Positions 9,649 to 19,828 of a stretch of DNA of 64,000 nt are shown piece by piece. The position numbers and the translations under genes were made by a program. The DNA is from Candidatus Spongiisociaceae bacterium. GTDB lineage: Bacteria; Actinomycetota; Acidimicrobiia; Spongiisociales; Spongiisociaceae. A model generated the notes under the pieces. The model worked only from the letters and a program-made list of their open reading frames with translations. It was not told the origin of the DNA and made no database searches. The stretch lies in assembly GCA_965219685.1 (NCBI GenBank), contig CBDCOH010000002.1, forward strand, positions 1,760,001-1,824,000. The letters run 5' to 3'. Within the stretch, counting starts at the first letter, position 1, and the number at the start of each line of letters is the position of its first letter.

Positions 9649-10710
9649 TCAGTCCCGCACACGCGGATCCATGGCGTATTGCAGCAGGTCCACGATGAAG
9701 TAGAGGAGCACGTAGATGGTGGCCGCGACGATTACGACGCCGAGCACCGGGTCGTAGTCCGAGCGTTCCGACGCCCAGACGGCGTAGAACCCGATCCCCG
9801 GCCAGGAGAACACCCTCTCCACCAGCACGGCGCCACCGATGAGGTAGCCGAATGTCATGGCCATGAGGTTGAGCACCGGGGGCGAGGCGTTACGGAACAC
9901 GTCGCGGATCATGATCTTGCGCCGGGGCAGGCCGTAGCTGTAGGCGGCCTCCACGTACGGACTCGCCAAGGCCGCGCTGACCGCCGCCCGCGTAACCCGG
10001 AACATGGGCGGGCTGCTCGTGATCCCCAGGGTCACAGCGGGCAGGATGAGATGCTTCAGGGCCTCCCACGCCAATCCGGGATTGCCGGCTATCAATGCGT
10101 CCACAGTGTAGAACCCGGTCACAATCATTGAACTGTCGATATCGGAGGTGAGGCGCCCGCGACTGGGGAATATGGGAAAGACCTGATGGGAAAGGACGGT
10201 GAGAAGCAGCAGCCCGAGCCAGAACGCCGGAACGCTGACCCCGAACTGGGAGATTCCCTCCCCTAGCTTGCCCATCGGTCCGTTAGGCCGCAGCGCGGCG
10301 CGCACGCCTAGGGGAATCGTCCAAAGGCTGGCCACCACCATGCTGAAGAAGACCAACTCGGCGGTCGCCGGGAGCTTGCGGGCGATGTCGTCAGCCACTG
10401 GGACGAAGGTGAAACGGGAGGAACCGAGGTCGCCCCGCAGGAGGGCGGTCAAGTAGGTGGTGAACTGGATGTGGATCGGGTCGTTCAGACCCATCATCTC
10501 CGCCCTGGCCTCGAGTATCTCCTCGCTGGTCTGGATGCCGACCGCGGCGTAGAGCGGGGTTCCCGTGGATCGGGTCACAGCGAAGGCGAGGACCACGACG
10601 GAGAAGAGCACCACAGCGAGGATGGCTACGCGGTTGGCGAGGAACAGAGTCCACCTGCGCAGGCCGGAATACCGCGACTGGGCCTCGTCCTGCTGTATCG
10701 CTGTCTCTAT
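9649..10710 (-). CDS. Peptide ABC transporter permease (DppB-like); likely start ATA 10710 (ORF track: GTG 10614)
   Basis: GLNDP..QF...LLRGDLG, PAFWLG, HLILPA, FSWPGIG, DPRVR. The in-frame upstream region encodes the usual first TM lead-in (LFLANRVAILAV). Confidence 0.92.
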   Translation of the reverse strand: METAIQQDEAQSRYSGLRRWTLFLANRVAILAVVLFSVVVLAFAVTRSTGTPLYAAVGIQTSEEILEARAEMMGLNDPIHIQFTTYLTALLRGDLGSSRFTFVPVADDIARKLPATAELVFFSMVVASLWTIPLGVRAALRPNGPMGKLGEGISQFGVSVPAFWLGLLLLTVLSHQVFPIFPSRGRLTSDIDSSMIVTGFYTVDALIAGNPGLAWEALKHLILPAVTLGITSSPPMFRVTRAAVSAALASPYVEAAYSYGLPRRKIMIRDVFRNASPPVLNLMAMTFGYLIGGAVLVERVFSWPGIGFYAVWASERSDYDPVLGVVIVAATIYVLLYFIVDLLQYAMDPRVRD

Positions 10711-10731
10711 GTGGAACTCCTGGAGGATCTA

Positions 10732-10769
10732 GACCGAGAGAGGGCCGGTGTTACCCGGCCCTCTCGGTC
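10732..10769 (-). terminator. Stem-loop between the solute-binding protein and permease genes
   Basis: GACCGAGAGAGGGCCGG-tgttac-CCGGCCCTCTCGGTC inverted repeat. Confidence 0.75.
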
Positions 10770-10786
10770 ATGGGTTCTAGTACTAG

Positions 10787-12601
10787 TTAGGCGCGCTCCA
10801 ATGCAGCGAACCACAGCAGCCCATCGGGATGATGGACGTATCCGGTGATGTCTTCGCGCATAGCCATCGTGAAGTTGGCATTGGCGAGCCAGAGCATCGG
10901 CGAGGCCTCAGTCACTATGGCGATGGCCTCCCGGTACGGGTCCCGCAGAGCGTTGTCATCGAGAACGGAAGCGGTCTCCTGGAGGATCTCGTCGACTCGT
11001 GCGTCGGTGAAGCCGGTCCAGTTGATGACCGTGGCCGTCTCCCACCACAGGTAGAAGTGGTAGTACGGATCGTCGATGTAGTCGAGCAGACCCCCGCGGA
11101 ATGCCGCCTGGTGTTGGAGGTTGCTGACGTTCAGGACCTCGAACATCTCCGATCCGCTGATGGGACGGATCGTCATGTCGATCCCGACGTCAGCCAAGTT
11201 GGCCTTCATATTGGCCGCGATCGCATCGTCGAGCGCCACACCCTGGCGGATGACCAACTCGAACTCGAAGCCATCGGGCTGCCCGGCCGCGGCGAGGTGC
11301 TCGCGCGCCTTGTCGGGGTTGTACTCGTAGATCCAGCTGTCGGCGAGGCCCCACAGGTCGAACACCCTCGCGTTGACCGACATGGGCCCCTGTGCATGCA
11401 CGGCATGGCCCTTCAACACGCCATTGACGATCGCGTCGTAGTCGATGGCGTAGGCAACCGCCCTGCGGAGGTCCAGGTTGTCGAACGGAGGCTGCTCAAG
11501 GTTGAGCATCACGTTCATGGAGTTCCGGTCCGGAATCGACAGGACCTTCACCCCATCGGACGCCCCCGCCAACTCCAACTCCGAGGCGGACATGTCGAGC
11601 GCGATGTCCACGTCGCCGCTCTGGAGAAGAGCGAGCCGGTTGGAACTCTCGGGTACGACGAGCAGTTCGACGGTCTCGAAGTAAGGCTGGCGACCCGGCC
11701 AGGTCGGATTGGCCTTGAGGACCATCTTGGAGCCGCGCTCCCAACTGTCCATCACATAGCGACCGTTTCCGGCGAAGTTCTGCGACAGCCATGTGGAACC
11801 CCACGGATCGTCGTCGGTGGCGTTCTCCGTAACAGCCGTGGCGTCGATGACACCCATGCTCTGGTCCCTCATGAGGGGTAGCACGATGGTGGAGGGCCGG
11901 ATGTCATGCAGGATGAGCGTCTGGTCGTCCACCCGTTCGACCTGATCCATGCCGTGCAGGCCGATGTTGCCCCACACCCAGGCCGGTCCCGAAGGAAGCG
12001 CGAACGCCCGCTCGATCGTCCAGATGACATCGTCGGTGGTCACCGCTCGGCCGCTGGACGGGAACACCAGACCCTGCCGGAGCTTGAGGGTCAGCTTCGT
12101 GCGATCGTCGCTGAAGTCCCAGTTCTCGACCCAGCCGCCCTCGAAGGCGGTGGTGTCGGCATAGGCATAATCCCCTTGGGAAGGTCCTGGCAGGTACTGG
12201 ACCGACTGCATGTAGGTGTTCTTGAGGACCAGGTTCGTCAGGTTCGCCTGCCCGAAGTTGGGATCGAGGTGCTCGACATCGTCCTTCATGGCGATACGAA
12301 GAGTCCGTGCCTCGGGGTCGTCGGCGTATACGACCACTTCCTCGGTCTCGGTCACCACGACTTCCTCGGTCACCACGACTTCCTCGGTCTCGGTCACGAT
12401 GGACGTGACAACCACTTCCTCGGTTACGACCTCGGTCTCGGTCACCACCTCGGTGACGGTCTCCGTCTCGGTGACGATCGACGTAACCACGACGGTCTCG
12501 GTCACAGTCACGGTCTCAGTGGTACCGCAGGCCGCTACGACCAACGCCATACCGAACAGCGCCGCCATAATCGGTGGCGTCCGCTTCCAAAGCATCTTCA
12601 T
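10787..12601 (-). CDS. ABC transporter substrate-binding lipoprotein, family 5 (DppA-like), with V/T/E-repeat tether
   Basis: AGGAGG before ATG 12601; lipobox VAAC; LDP, TDDVIWTIER, PPFDNLDLRRAVAYAID, YNPDKAREHL. Confidence 0.93.
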   Translation of the reverse strand: MKMLWKRTPPIMAALFGMALVVAACGTTETVTVTETVVVTSIVTETETVTEVVTETEVVTEEVVVTSIVTETEEVVVTEEVVVTETEEVVVYADDPEARTLRIAMKDDVEHLDPNFGQANLTNLVLKNTYMQSVQYLPGPSQGDYAYADTTAFEGGWVENWDFSDDRTKLTLKLRQGLVFPSSGRAVTTDDVIWTIERAFALPSGPAWVWGNIGLHGMDQVERVDDQTLILHDIRPSTIVLPLMRDQSMGVIDATAVTENATDDDPWGSTWLSQNFAGNGRYVMDSWERGSKMVLKANPTWPGRQPYFETVELLVVPESSNRLALLQSGDVDIALDMSASELELAGASDGVKVLSIPDRNSMNVMLNLEQPPFDNLDLRRAVAYAIDYDAIVNGVLKGHAVHAQGPMSVNARVFDLWGLADSWIYEYNPDKAREHLAAAGQPDGFEFELVIRQGVALDDAIAANMKANLADVGIDMTIRPISGSEMFEVLNVSNLQHQAAFRGGLLDYIDDPYYHFYLWWETATVINWTGFTDARVDEILQETASVLDDNALRDPYREAIAIVTEASPMLWLANANFTMAMREDITGYVHHPDGLLWFAALERA

Positions 12602-12714
12602 ACTCGCCCTCCTCAGGCTGGCCAACAATCCGACAATCATATTTGGCACACTGCCCGATCCGCAATTGGAGTGGACTCCGGGGCAGTATCCGGTTCCAGC
12701 ATCGGGATGTGCTG

Positions 12715-13470
12715 CTATTCCCGGTCGGCCATGAAGCTCTCCCACCAGGTGATGCACAGGTTCTCGATGTCTCCCTGTGCGTCCCGGTAGTCGTACCAGC
12801 TGTTCAGCCAATTGAGGAACCTCGGGTCCCCCGGGCGAATGGAAACCTTGTTGTGCCCGCGCTCCAGGATCACCAGCGTTCCGTCCGGCTCCCGCAGGAG
12901 CGCCAGTTCGGAATTGAGATCGAGGTACCGCTTTGTGATGGCATCGCCGACGATGGCATCGACAGCTCCGTCAAGCAGCAACCGGGTCGGATCCGAAGCG
13001 TCGACAACCTGTGCCGCAGGAAAGAACCGCTCCGCGACATCCCGATTGCTGGACCCATGCCACACTCCGATGCGAACTCCCTCCCCATGCATGGATCCGA
13101 TCCCGTCGCGGGCTCGGTCGGCCCGTACCTGGCAGGTAATCCGTATCTCCATGAGGCGACCCATAGTGAACTCCAACTCCAGCGCCCGCCGGGGAAAGAG
13201 CGTGTGCTTGGGAAGGAGATCCACCGTTCGGTCGAACAACGCGGGAATCTGGTCCGGCCAGAGGATCTCGACTATCTCGAGTTCGACACCGAGGTCCTCA
13301 GCGATCATCGCCGCCACCCGGGGAGCGACCCCCTCCGGCTCACCGGTCTCGGGATCTCGGTACATCTCGGGCGGATCGCCCGTATCCGGGTGACCGAGAA
13401 ACTCGATCGGTACCCTCAGAGCGCCCCGGTCCAGAATATCGTCAAGGGTCGATTCCCACTCGACAGCCAT
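12715..13470 (-). CDS. Family 3 (amino-acid type) solute-binding-fold protein without signal peptide (PheC/cyclohexadienyl dehydratase-like)
   Basis: STLDDILDRGALRV, IAEDLGVELE, WPDQIPAL, RALELEFT, GDPRFLNWLNSW; strong AGGAGG before ATG. Confidence 0.75.
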   Translation of the reverse strand: MAVEWESTLDDILDRGALRVPIEFLGHPDTGDPPEMYRDPETGEPEGVAPRVAAMIAEDLGVELEIVEILWPDQIPALFDRTVDLLPKHTLFPRRALELEFTMGRLMEIRITCQVRADRARDGIGSMHGEGVRIGVWHGSSNRDVAERFFPAAQVVDASDPTRLLLDGAVDAIVGDAITKRYLDLNSELALLREPDGTLVILERGHNKVSIRPGDPRFLNWLNSWYDYRDAQGDIENLCITWWESFMADRE

Positions 13471-13610
13471 GCCTCTCCTCCTGTAGTTCGTCCAGCGACA
13501 CCTGGTTCCACGTGCGGTAACACTCTATGTGGTTCTCGCGGGCCCACAAGGTGTGCGCCCGGCCCGCGGGTACGATCTTCTTCCGAGCCCGATCTGAAGT
13601 GGGAGGACCG

Positions 13611-13997
13611 ATGCCCGTGATAAGACTCACCGACGTGCCGGAGAATGCCCAGATAGGACCCGGTCTGGACACGATCGTCATGAAGAAGGTGATCGGATCC
13701 AGGGAACGCGATCCCGCGTTCGAGATGCCGGACGAGACCCGGTCGTTGAGCATCACGCACGTCAAGATCTGGGGCAGCCTCGGACGCTCACACAACGATG
13801 AAACCGACCGCGCCATGTTCATCGTGGATGGCGATGGTGTGGCCCGGGTCGGAGACGACCGGCCTCAGGTGTTCGGGCCGGGCGACTTCATTCTTATCCC
13901 CAGAGGCGTCCCGTACGAGTGCGAAGGGAGTTTCACCTACCTGGTGATCAACAGTCCTGCCTACCGGGCGGGAACCGACGTAGACCCACGTACCTGA
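13611..13997 (+). CDS. Cupin domain protein
   Basis: GGAGG before ATG 13611; SHNDETDRAMFIVDGDG and GPGDFILIPRGVPY cupin motifs. Confidence 0.8.
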   Translation: MPVIRLTDVPENAQIGPGLDTIVMKKVIGSRERDPAFEMPDETRSLSITHVKIWGSLGRSHNDETDRAMFIVDGDGVARVGDDRPQVFGPGDFILIPRGVPYECEGSFTYLVINSPAYRAGTDVDPRT

Positions 13998-14369
13998 GGA
14001 GTGCCTCGCCGTGGGGGTCGCCAGCGTCGAGTAGACCACCCAGACAGGTTCGACCGTGATCGCTGATCCGTCCGGGGTGGGCGGTGAGGAGGCGCCGACT
14101 TCCGGGAGCAGTTGCTGCAGGTAGAGGTCGAAGCCACCCAACCCGCCCGGGAACGGCATACGGTTTTCGCGAGCTTCCCTACGGCCTGGCAAGTCAGCAA
14201 CTTCTACTCCTCAGTCCAGCCCGGCACCGATGAGAAGTGCTCGTCAGGTGCTGCTCCGGCCCCGCGGTGCTCCGTAGTCGACGAACTGGGGTGCGCGCCA
14301 GGAGGGGCGGTTGGAGCATGCGGTTGAGAAGCCTGCCGCCTACAGGAGTAGCGGGAATCGTTTGCGAAC

Positions 14370-14612
14370 CCCTTCTCCGCCTGTAGGCCGGAATGTGACC
14401 TAGAGATGCCCGTCACCGATCGCAAGGCCCTGGCCCTCTCCCGGCGGATCGGCCATCGTGAAAGAAGTAGATAGACGTGTTACGTCGGTGTCGTACTCCC
14501 ACAATGTAGTACCGTCACGGCTGAGTACCCACCAGCGTCCGTCGTAGATGCGGAAGCCTAAGACCGGGGTCAGCAGGGCTAACGCGACCCGGTCACAACT
14601 TGGTCCCGTCAC
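14370..14612 (-). pseudogene. Beta-propeller protein remnant
   Basis: GFRIYDGRWWVLSRDGTTLWEYD...GQGLAIGDGHL*VT; the TAG sits where a TGG (GHLWVT) would be expected. Confidence 0.4.
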
Positions 14613-14646
14613 CCAGTGTGACCTTCCGTAGCTTCATTTGCGGTTG

Positions 14647-14682
14647 CGTCCCCGTATATGTATCTCGTCCCCGTATATGTAT
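14647..14682. repeat. 17-bp direct repeat CGTCCCCGTATATGTAT x2 (19-bp period)
   Basis: Read directly at 14647-14663 and 14666-14682. Confidence 0.9.
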
Positions 14683-15140
14683 ATAACGTACAGGCTTGTT
14701 CCGTCAGCGGATACATACAGGGGATCGCCGGGGAAACTCGCCACGGATGACCCGGCCAGTCTGAGTACAACATCCCCGGAAGGTGCGCTACCACTTACGT
14801 CTAGTTCATACCGCTGTGAACCGACACCGGTTATACCGTCGTGGCCGGCCCTGGTTGATCGTCAGATTCGTGTCTGGCGTGGAACTGGACGTAAGGGCAG
14901 GATTGACGAGGCTGCACGAGTAACCAGAGGCATCTTCGGGACACACCCTGCTCGGGGTGGTCTCGACTGCCTTCTTGTACTGACTCGTATGACCGGTCAG
15001 GTCGGGCGTCCGCCTGTCGGCGGGCCCGATCGCGATTGCCGGATCGAAGGTCGGTTCCGATGACCGCACGGCCGGTCGGCCGAGTATCGTGGACCGGAGC
15101 CCGCAAGAGGCAAACCCTGTGGTAAGGAGGGAGACGAACA

Positions 15141-16103
15141 ATGGAATTCGACGATCGCCTCGATGAGGCACACAAGGCCGTCTTGGAGATGTTCCCCGAG
15201 GAACTGCTGGATCTTACCGATATTCCGGCGGCGCGGGAGATGGCCGAAGGCTTGATGGGTGCGATGGCTGCGCAGGTTCCAGAAGTTTCCGGGGTGGACG
15301 TCGAGGATCACTGGGCTCCTGGACCGGACGGGGATCCGGACGTGATGGTTCGTGTCTACACACCCTCGGATCTTGATCCTGGCGCGCCGGCCCTCTACTG
15401 GATCCACGGCGGGGGGATGGTGATGGGGAAGGTCGCCTGGAACGATCCGGACTGCAAAGGCTGGGCCGCCGACATGCGCTGCGTGGTGGCGTCCGTGGAA
15501 TACCGCCTCGCTCCGGAACATCCGCACCCCGCGCCGATCGAGGACTGCTTCGCGGGGCTGGCCTGGTTGGTCTCGAACGCGGAGAGCCTAGGCGTGGATG
15601 CGGATCGGATAGCAGTGGGCGGTGCTTCAGCCGGTGGGGGTTTGGCGGCGGCCCTGGCCCTGGTTGCGAGGGATAGGGGTGTCGACATCGTCCTCCAGCA
15701 GCTCATCTGCCCGATGCTCGACGATCGCAATATCACCCGTTCCAGCCACTACGTCCAGCATCCCAAGGTGTGGAACCGCAAGGCGAACATCGCCGGATGG
15801 AGCGCCCTGCTCGGCAAACCGGCCGGTTCGGATGACGTGTCTCCCTACGCCTCCCCGGCCCGAGCCGAGGATCTGTCCGGGTTGGCGCCAGCCTTCATCA
15901 TCATCGGGGATCTCGACCTGTTCGTGGACGAGTCCATCGACTATGCGCAACGGCTGACGGCGGGCGGCGTGCCGACTGAACTTCACATCCTCCCAGGCGC
16001 AGTCCATGGCACCCAGTACTTCCTCCCGACGGCCGAGATAAGCATGCGCTGGAAGGCCATCGAGGCGGACGCCCTCCGCGTAGCCCTGCACGGGGCCGGC
16101 TGA
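15141..16103 (+). CDS. Alpha/beta hydrolase, HSL-family (GDXG) esterase
   Basis: HGGG, YRLAPEHP, GASAGG nucleophile elbow, PMLDDR, D..H triad; AAGGAGG RBS. Confidence 0.93.
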   Translation: MEFDDRLDEAHKAVLEMFPEELLDLTDIPAAREMAEGLMGAMAAQVPEVSGVDVEDHWAPGPDGDPDVMVRVYTPSDLDPGAPALYWIHGGGMVMGKVAWNDPDCKGWAADMRCVVASVEYRLAPEHPHPAPIEDCFAGLAWLVSNAESLGVDADRIAVGGASAGGGLAAALALVARDRGVDIVLQQLICPMLDDRNITRSSHYVQHPKVWNRKANIAGWSALLGKPAGSDDVSPYASPARAEDLSGLAPAFIIIGDLDLFVDESIDYAQRLTAGGVPTELHILPGAVHGTQYFLPTAEISMRWKAIEADALRVALHGAG

Positions 16104-16289
16104 CTCGGGGCCGCGACCGGGCGTGATCAGAGGGTCGCGCAGGGATACACTCATTTGGTAGCGGAGGTTCCCGGAACAGGCCCACGCGCTGACGACGAGG
16201 TCGAGGTAGCAACCGACCCTGATGCGGTGGAACGCGTGCCGCGACCAGATGGGGACATGGATGATCGGCCCGGGCGCCGGAGCCCGCGG

Positions 16290-16695
16290 TTCCTGGCCAG
16301 CCATCCAGCGTAAGGGGCCGGCCACGCGCCGGTCCGCCAAGCCAAGGACGGCACCGAACTGGCCGCAACGAGCGTGGAGGCCGGCGACAAGATCGTGGTG
16401 CTCCTCGGTCGCCAACCGTGATGGAGCCCGCTGGGAGGATCCCGGAGAGTTCCGGCTGCACCGTTTCGCGGACAGCGCCTTCCGGCAGTTCACGCCCCGC
16501 TCCGACATCCTCCCATTCGGTGCCGGCAAGCACCACTGCACCGGATCGCTGCTGGCGCTGATGGAGATGGAAGTGGTGATCTACCGCTTCATGGATCGCG
16601 TACGGTGGGCGGAATGGGTGAACGGGCCTCCGCCCATGGTCGGCTCTTCGCTCCGCTCCCCCACCGAACTGAAAGTCAGACTCATCCCCGCCTGA
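16290..16695 (+). pseudogene. Cytochrome P450 C-terminal remnant, frameshifted
   Basis: Heme motif LPFGAGKHHCTG and ANRD...WEDPGEF in one frame; KDGTELAATSVEAGDKIVVLL in another frame just upstream (shift near 16407); most of the N-terminal half is missing. Confidence 0.85.
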
Positions 16696-16842
16696 TCGGT
16701 TGCCGCTGGCCCGGGGAGCCCGGGCCGGTAACGCGGGGAGGTAACCTCCGGCAATGGTCGAAGTCTCGCCGCCGGTTGTCCACCGGGGCCATCCATCTCC
16801 AACCTCTACGGATCCAAGGCCCGCATCAGGATCGTTCGACCG

Positions 16843-17868
16843 TTGAAACCGAACACCAAGGGGACACTTTGGGCTGCTGCCTCGGTGGCGACCGGCTCTT
16901 GGCTGCCCGTGTTCTACTTCTTCACCCATGTCAGCGACGACCCCTTCGTGTGGCGCTCCTGGCTGCTCACCTTCCAGATCGTGGCTCTGCTGCCTGCCTT
17001 CGGCCTGGTTCCGAGCGACAGGAGGGACTGGAGGCGGAACACCCGCCGGCTGCTGTCCTACTGGGGAGACCACGGGGAACCCGTCCGCGTCAAGAGCCTT
17101 CGCGAATTGGTAAGGGCTCCCGCGTTCTGGATGGCGATCTCATTCACGTTCGACCTGGCCTTCTGGGTCTGGGCGGCAACCCTGATCGACCCGCTGGTGG
17201 TGACGATCATCTACCAACTGATGCTGATCGGGCTGGTGTGGATGGCGGCCAGGCTGGGTCGCAAGATCTCCACCGGGCACCGCGCCGCCCCGCACATCAT
17301 CAGCGGCAGGCATTGGGTGCTGATGATCCTCTCGTTCGTCGGGGCCGCCCTCGTCATCTGGTCGGAGACCGGCGCGGTCATGACCCTCAACTGGATGGGT
17401 ATAGCCATCGCGCTCGTCGGCACCGCCACCGCTACCGGAAGCCTGTGGGGAACGGTCTCCACCGGGCGCCTTCTGGGGTGGCCCGGCGGCAACCCGCACG
17501 AACTGGTGTGGAACGCCACCTTCGCAGCGGTGGCAGGACGCCTCGGCGCCCTTCCCCTGACACTGTTGGGAAGCGTGCTGTTCTTCCCACCCACCGAGAA
17601 CACCTTCGACCTCACCTGGACCATCATCGGACTCCTGACCTTGACCGGGGTGTTCAACGCGGTCGGGGCCCTCAGCCACCGGTATTCCCTGTACGTGACC
17701 TCCAGCCTGAGCGTGCAGCGGATCATGTTCTTCTCCCCGGCCCTCCAGATGCTGTGGCTGTGGATCTTCGCCGATGTCTCCATCGCCAACCCCCAAGCGC
17801 TGCTGGTCGGGGCCGGAATCGTGCTCGTCTCCAACGTCGGATGGCAGAGCAACGTGAGCAGCCGGTAG
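16843..17868 (+). CDS. EamA/DMT-like 10-TM membrane protein
   Basis: About ten hydrophobic segments in two repeats; FSPALQMLWLWIF...LLVGAGIVL C-terminal pattern. Confidence 0.65.
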   Translation: MKPNTKGTLWAAASVATGSWLPVFYFFTHVSDDPFVWRSWLLTFQIVALLPAFGLVPSDRRDWRRNTRRLLSYWGDHGEPVRVKSLRELVRAPAFWMAISFTFDLAFWVWAATLIDPLVVTIIYQLMLIGLVWMAARLGRKISTGHRAAPHIISGRHWVLMILSFVGAALVIWSETGAVMTLNWMGIAIALVGTATATGSLWGTVSTGRLLGWPGGNPHELVWNATFAAVAGRLGALPLTLLGSVLFFPPTENTFDLTWTIIGLLTLTGVFNAVGALSHRYSLYVTSSLSVQRIMFFSPALQMLWLWIFADVSIANPQALLVGAGIVLVSNVGWQSNVSSR

Positions 17869-17977
17869 ACCGACCCGCCGTCCGTAACCCGCGCCAGACG
17901 GATCGCGGTCAACTCAGACCGGCAGCCGAAACCCGAGTCGCCGATCCAACAATGCGCGTCGTAGTGTTCGGGACGCG

Positions 17978-19486
17978 ATGTCTGCTCTGATCACCGACCT
18001 CCTGGATCGATCGGCCCGCCTGTATCCGGATCGTTGCGCGGTCCGGATCGTGGGCGGCCCTTCTCTCTCCTATAGCGAACTGTCGTATCGCGTGGAGAAG
18101 GTGGCCGGGCTTCTGGCCCGGTTGGGCGTCGGGCGGGGTGACCGGGTGGCGGTGATGGCCCCGGCCGGGCTGGCCTTCTTCGACGCCTATCTGGGCGCCG
18201 CCCGGTTGGGCGCCGCCGCGGTTCCCTTCTCGACGCGGTTGGCCCCGGCCGAAGTCGCCAGGCAACTCGCCGACGCCGAGCCTCGGGCCGCGATCGTCGG
18301 AGCGGAGTACGGCGACCGCGTGTCGCAAGCCTCCCCCGGAGGGTTAAGACTCATCGAACATGAGAGTCCCGAGTACCGCCGCCTACTGTCCTCGTCCGTT
18401 CCTGCCCCTTCGACGGCCCGGCCGGAGGACACCGCGCTGATCATCTACACGAGCGGTACCACCGGCGACCCCAAAGGGGTGTGCCTCTCGCACGCGGCCC
18501 TCACCTTCAACGCGTTCGTGAATGCGGTCTCTCAGGAACTCCGGCACCCCGACGTCTACCTCTCCGCTACTCCCCTCTACCACGCATCAGCCGGGCTGCG
18601 AGTGTTCACGATGCTGGTGGACGGCCAGACCCATGTGGTACTCCCTTCGTTCGACCCCGAGAGCGCCATCTCGACCGTATCCGGGGAGGGCGTGACCACG
18701 ACCATTATGGTGTCGACCCAACTCCAGAGGATTCTCGACTCGCCCGGCTTCGACCCCGACCTATTCCGTTCCATGCGGCTCCTGCTGTACGGGACCGCCC
18801 CGACGCGGTCCAACCTGGTGCAGAGAATGATGGCCTCGCTCCCCTGCGGGCTGTATCACGGATACGGACTCACCGAGGCAAGCGCGGTGTGCGCAGCCCT
18901 CGGACCGGAGGAGCACCGCCGGATGGCCGGTGAGGTTGCGCCAACACTGTCATGCGGCAGTCCCATCGTGGGAGTGGACGTAACGATCCGGAGCCCGGAC
19001 GGCGGCGAAGCGGAGCCCGGCGACGTGGGTGAACTCCTGGTTCGCACACCCAAGCTGATGTCCGGCTACTGGAGGCAACCCGAGGCCACCGCCCAGGCGA
19101 TCCGGAACGGCTGGCTCCACACCGGCGATCTCGGCCATCGAGACCGGGAAGGATACATCTACCTGTCGGGACGGATCAAGGAACTGATCATCAGCGGGGG
19201 GGTGAATATCTACCCACCCCAGATTGAGGACACCCTCTCAAGCCACCCCCGAGTGGCGGAGGTGGCGGTGATCGGCCTTCCGGACGATGAGTGGGGAGAA
19301 GCTGTCACGGCGGTGGTGGTGCCTCGACCGGGCGCCCTGCCGACGCTTGCGGACCTCGCCGACTGGGTGGCCTCCCGGCTGGCCTCCAACATGAAACCCA
19401 AGCGGCTGATTCTGGCCGACCGGCTACCTAGAGGTCCCACCGGCAAGGTCCAGAAACACCTGCTCCTGGAGATGCACGGCAACTGA
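17978..19486 (+). CDS. Acyl-CoA synthetase / AMP-binding enzyme
   Basis: YTSGTTGDPKG, YGLTE, GWLHTGDLG, RIKELIISGGVNIYP, GKV. Confidence 0.95.
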   Translation: MSALITDLLDRSARLYPDRCAVRIVGGPSLSYSELSYRVEKVAGLLARLGVGRGDRVAVMAPAGLAFFDAYLGAARLGAAAVPFSTRLAPAEVARQLADAEPRAAIVGAEYGDRVSQASPGGLRLIEHESPEYRRLLSSSVPAPSTARPEDTALIIYTSGTTGDPKGVCLSHAALTFNAFVNAVSQELRHPDVYLSATPLYHASAGLRVFTMLVDGQTHVVLPSFDPESAISTVSGEGVTTTIMVSTQLQRILDSPGFDPDLFRSMRLLLYGTAPTRSNLVQRMMASLPCGLYHGYGLTEASAVCAALGPEEHRRMAGEVAPTLSCGSPIVGVDVTIRSPDGGEAEPGDVGELLVRTPKLMSGYWRQPEATAQAIRNGWLHTGDLGHRDREGYIYLSGRIKELIISGGVNIYPPQIEDTLSSHPRVAEVAVIGLPDDEWGEAVTAVVVPRPGALPTLADLADWVASRLASNMKPKRLILADRLPRGPTGKVQKHLLLEMHGN

Positions 19487-19682
19487 TCGGCCCGGTCGCT
19501 CGCCACCGCCTGGAGTCTTACCCGTTGAGTAGTCCTCACGTCCCGATTACCTGATTCGTCGCATACCGGGACCTTGTCACCGAAGAATGACAAGGCTGAA
19601 AGGCGCACCGTCTTCCCTTCCTCACTCGGGTAATCGTGTACCAGCCAGTCTCCAAGTACGTTGGTCTTGATGCTAGACCATG

Positions 19683-19711
19683 TTGCAGAATAGTATATAT
19701 TGGCATACACT
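19683..19711 (+). promoter_or_regulatory. Putative sigma70-type promoter
   Basis: TTGCAG-17 nt-TACACT in an AT-rich patch upstream of the coiled-coil gene. Confidence 0.5.
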
Positions 19712-19828
19712 AGGGTCTATGAAGGTTTCCGCCGAAACGAACCGTCAGCCTGCCAGGGGGTTTGCTGGTTTCCGAATGTATGGAGCACGCGGATGCGGTT
19801 CCATAAGCCGGGTACGGAAGGCGGACCG

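Noticed and set aside
13442-13822. Minus-strand ORF upstream of the SBP-like gene
   Set aside because: Overlaps the better-supported cupin and has no recognisable motif; likely divergent promoter DNA
15105-15143. c-di-GMP-I riboswitch-like text GGCAAACC...GGGAGACG
   Set aside because: The stem pairs poorly, GACGCAAAGC and the second hairpin are missing, and the match is explained by the RBS
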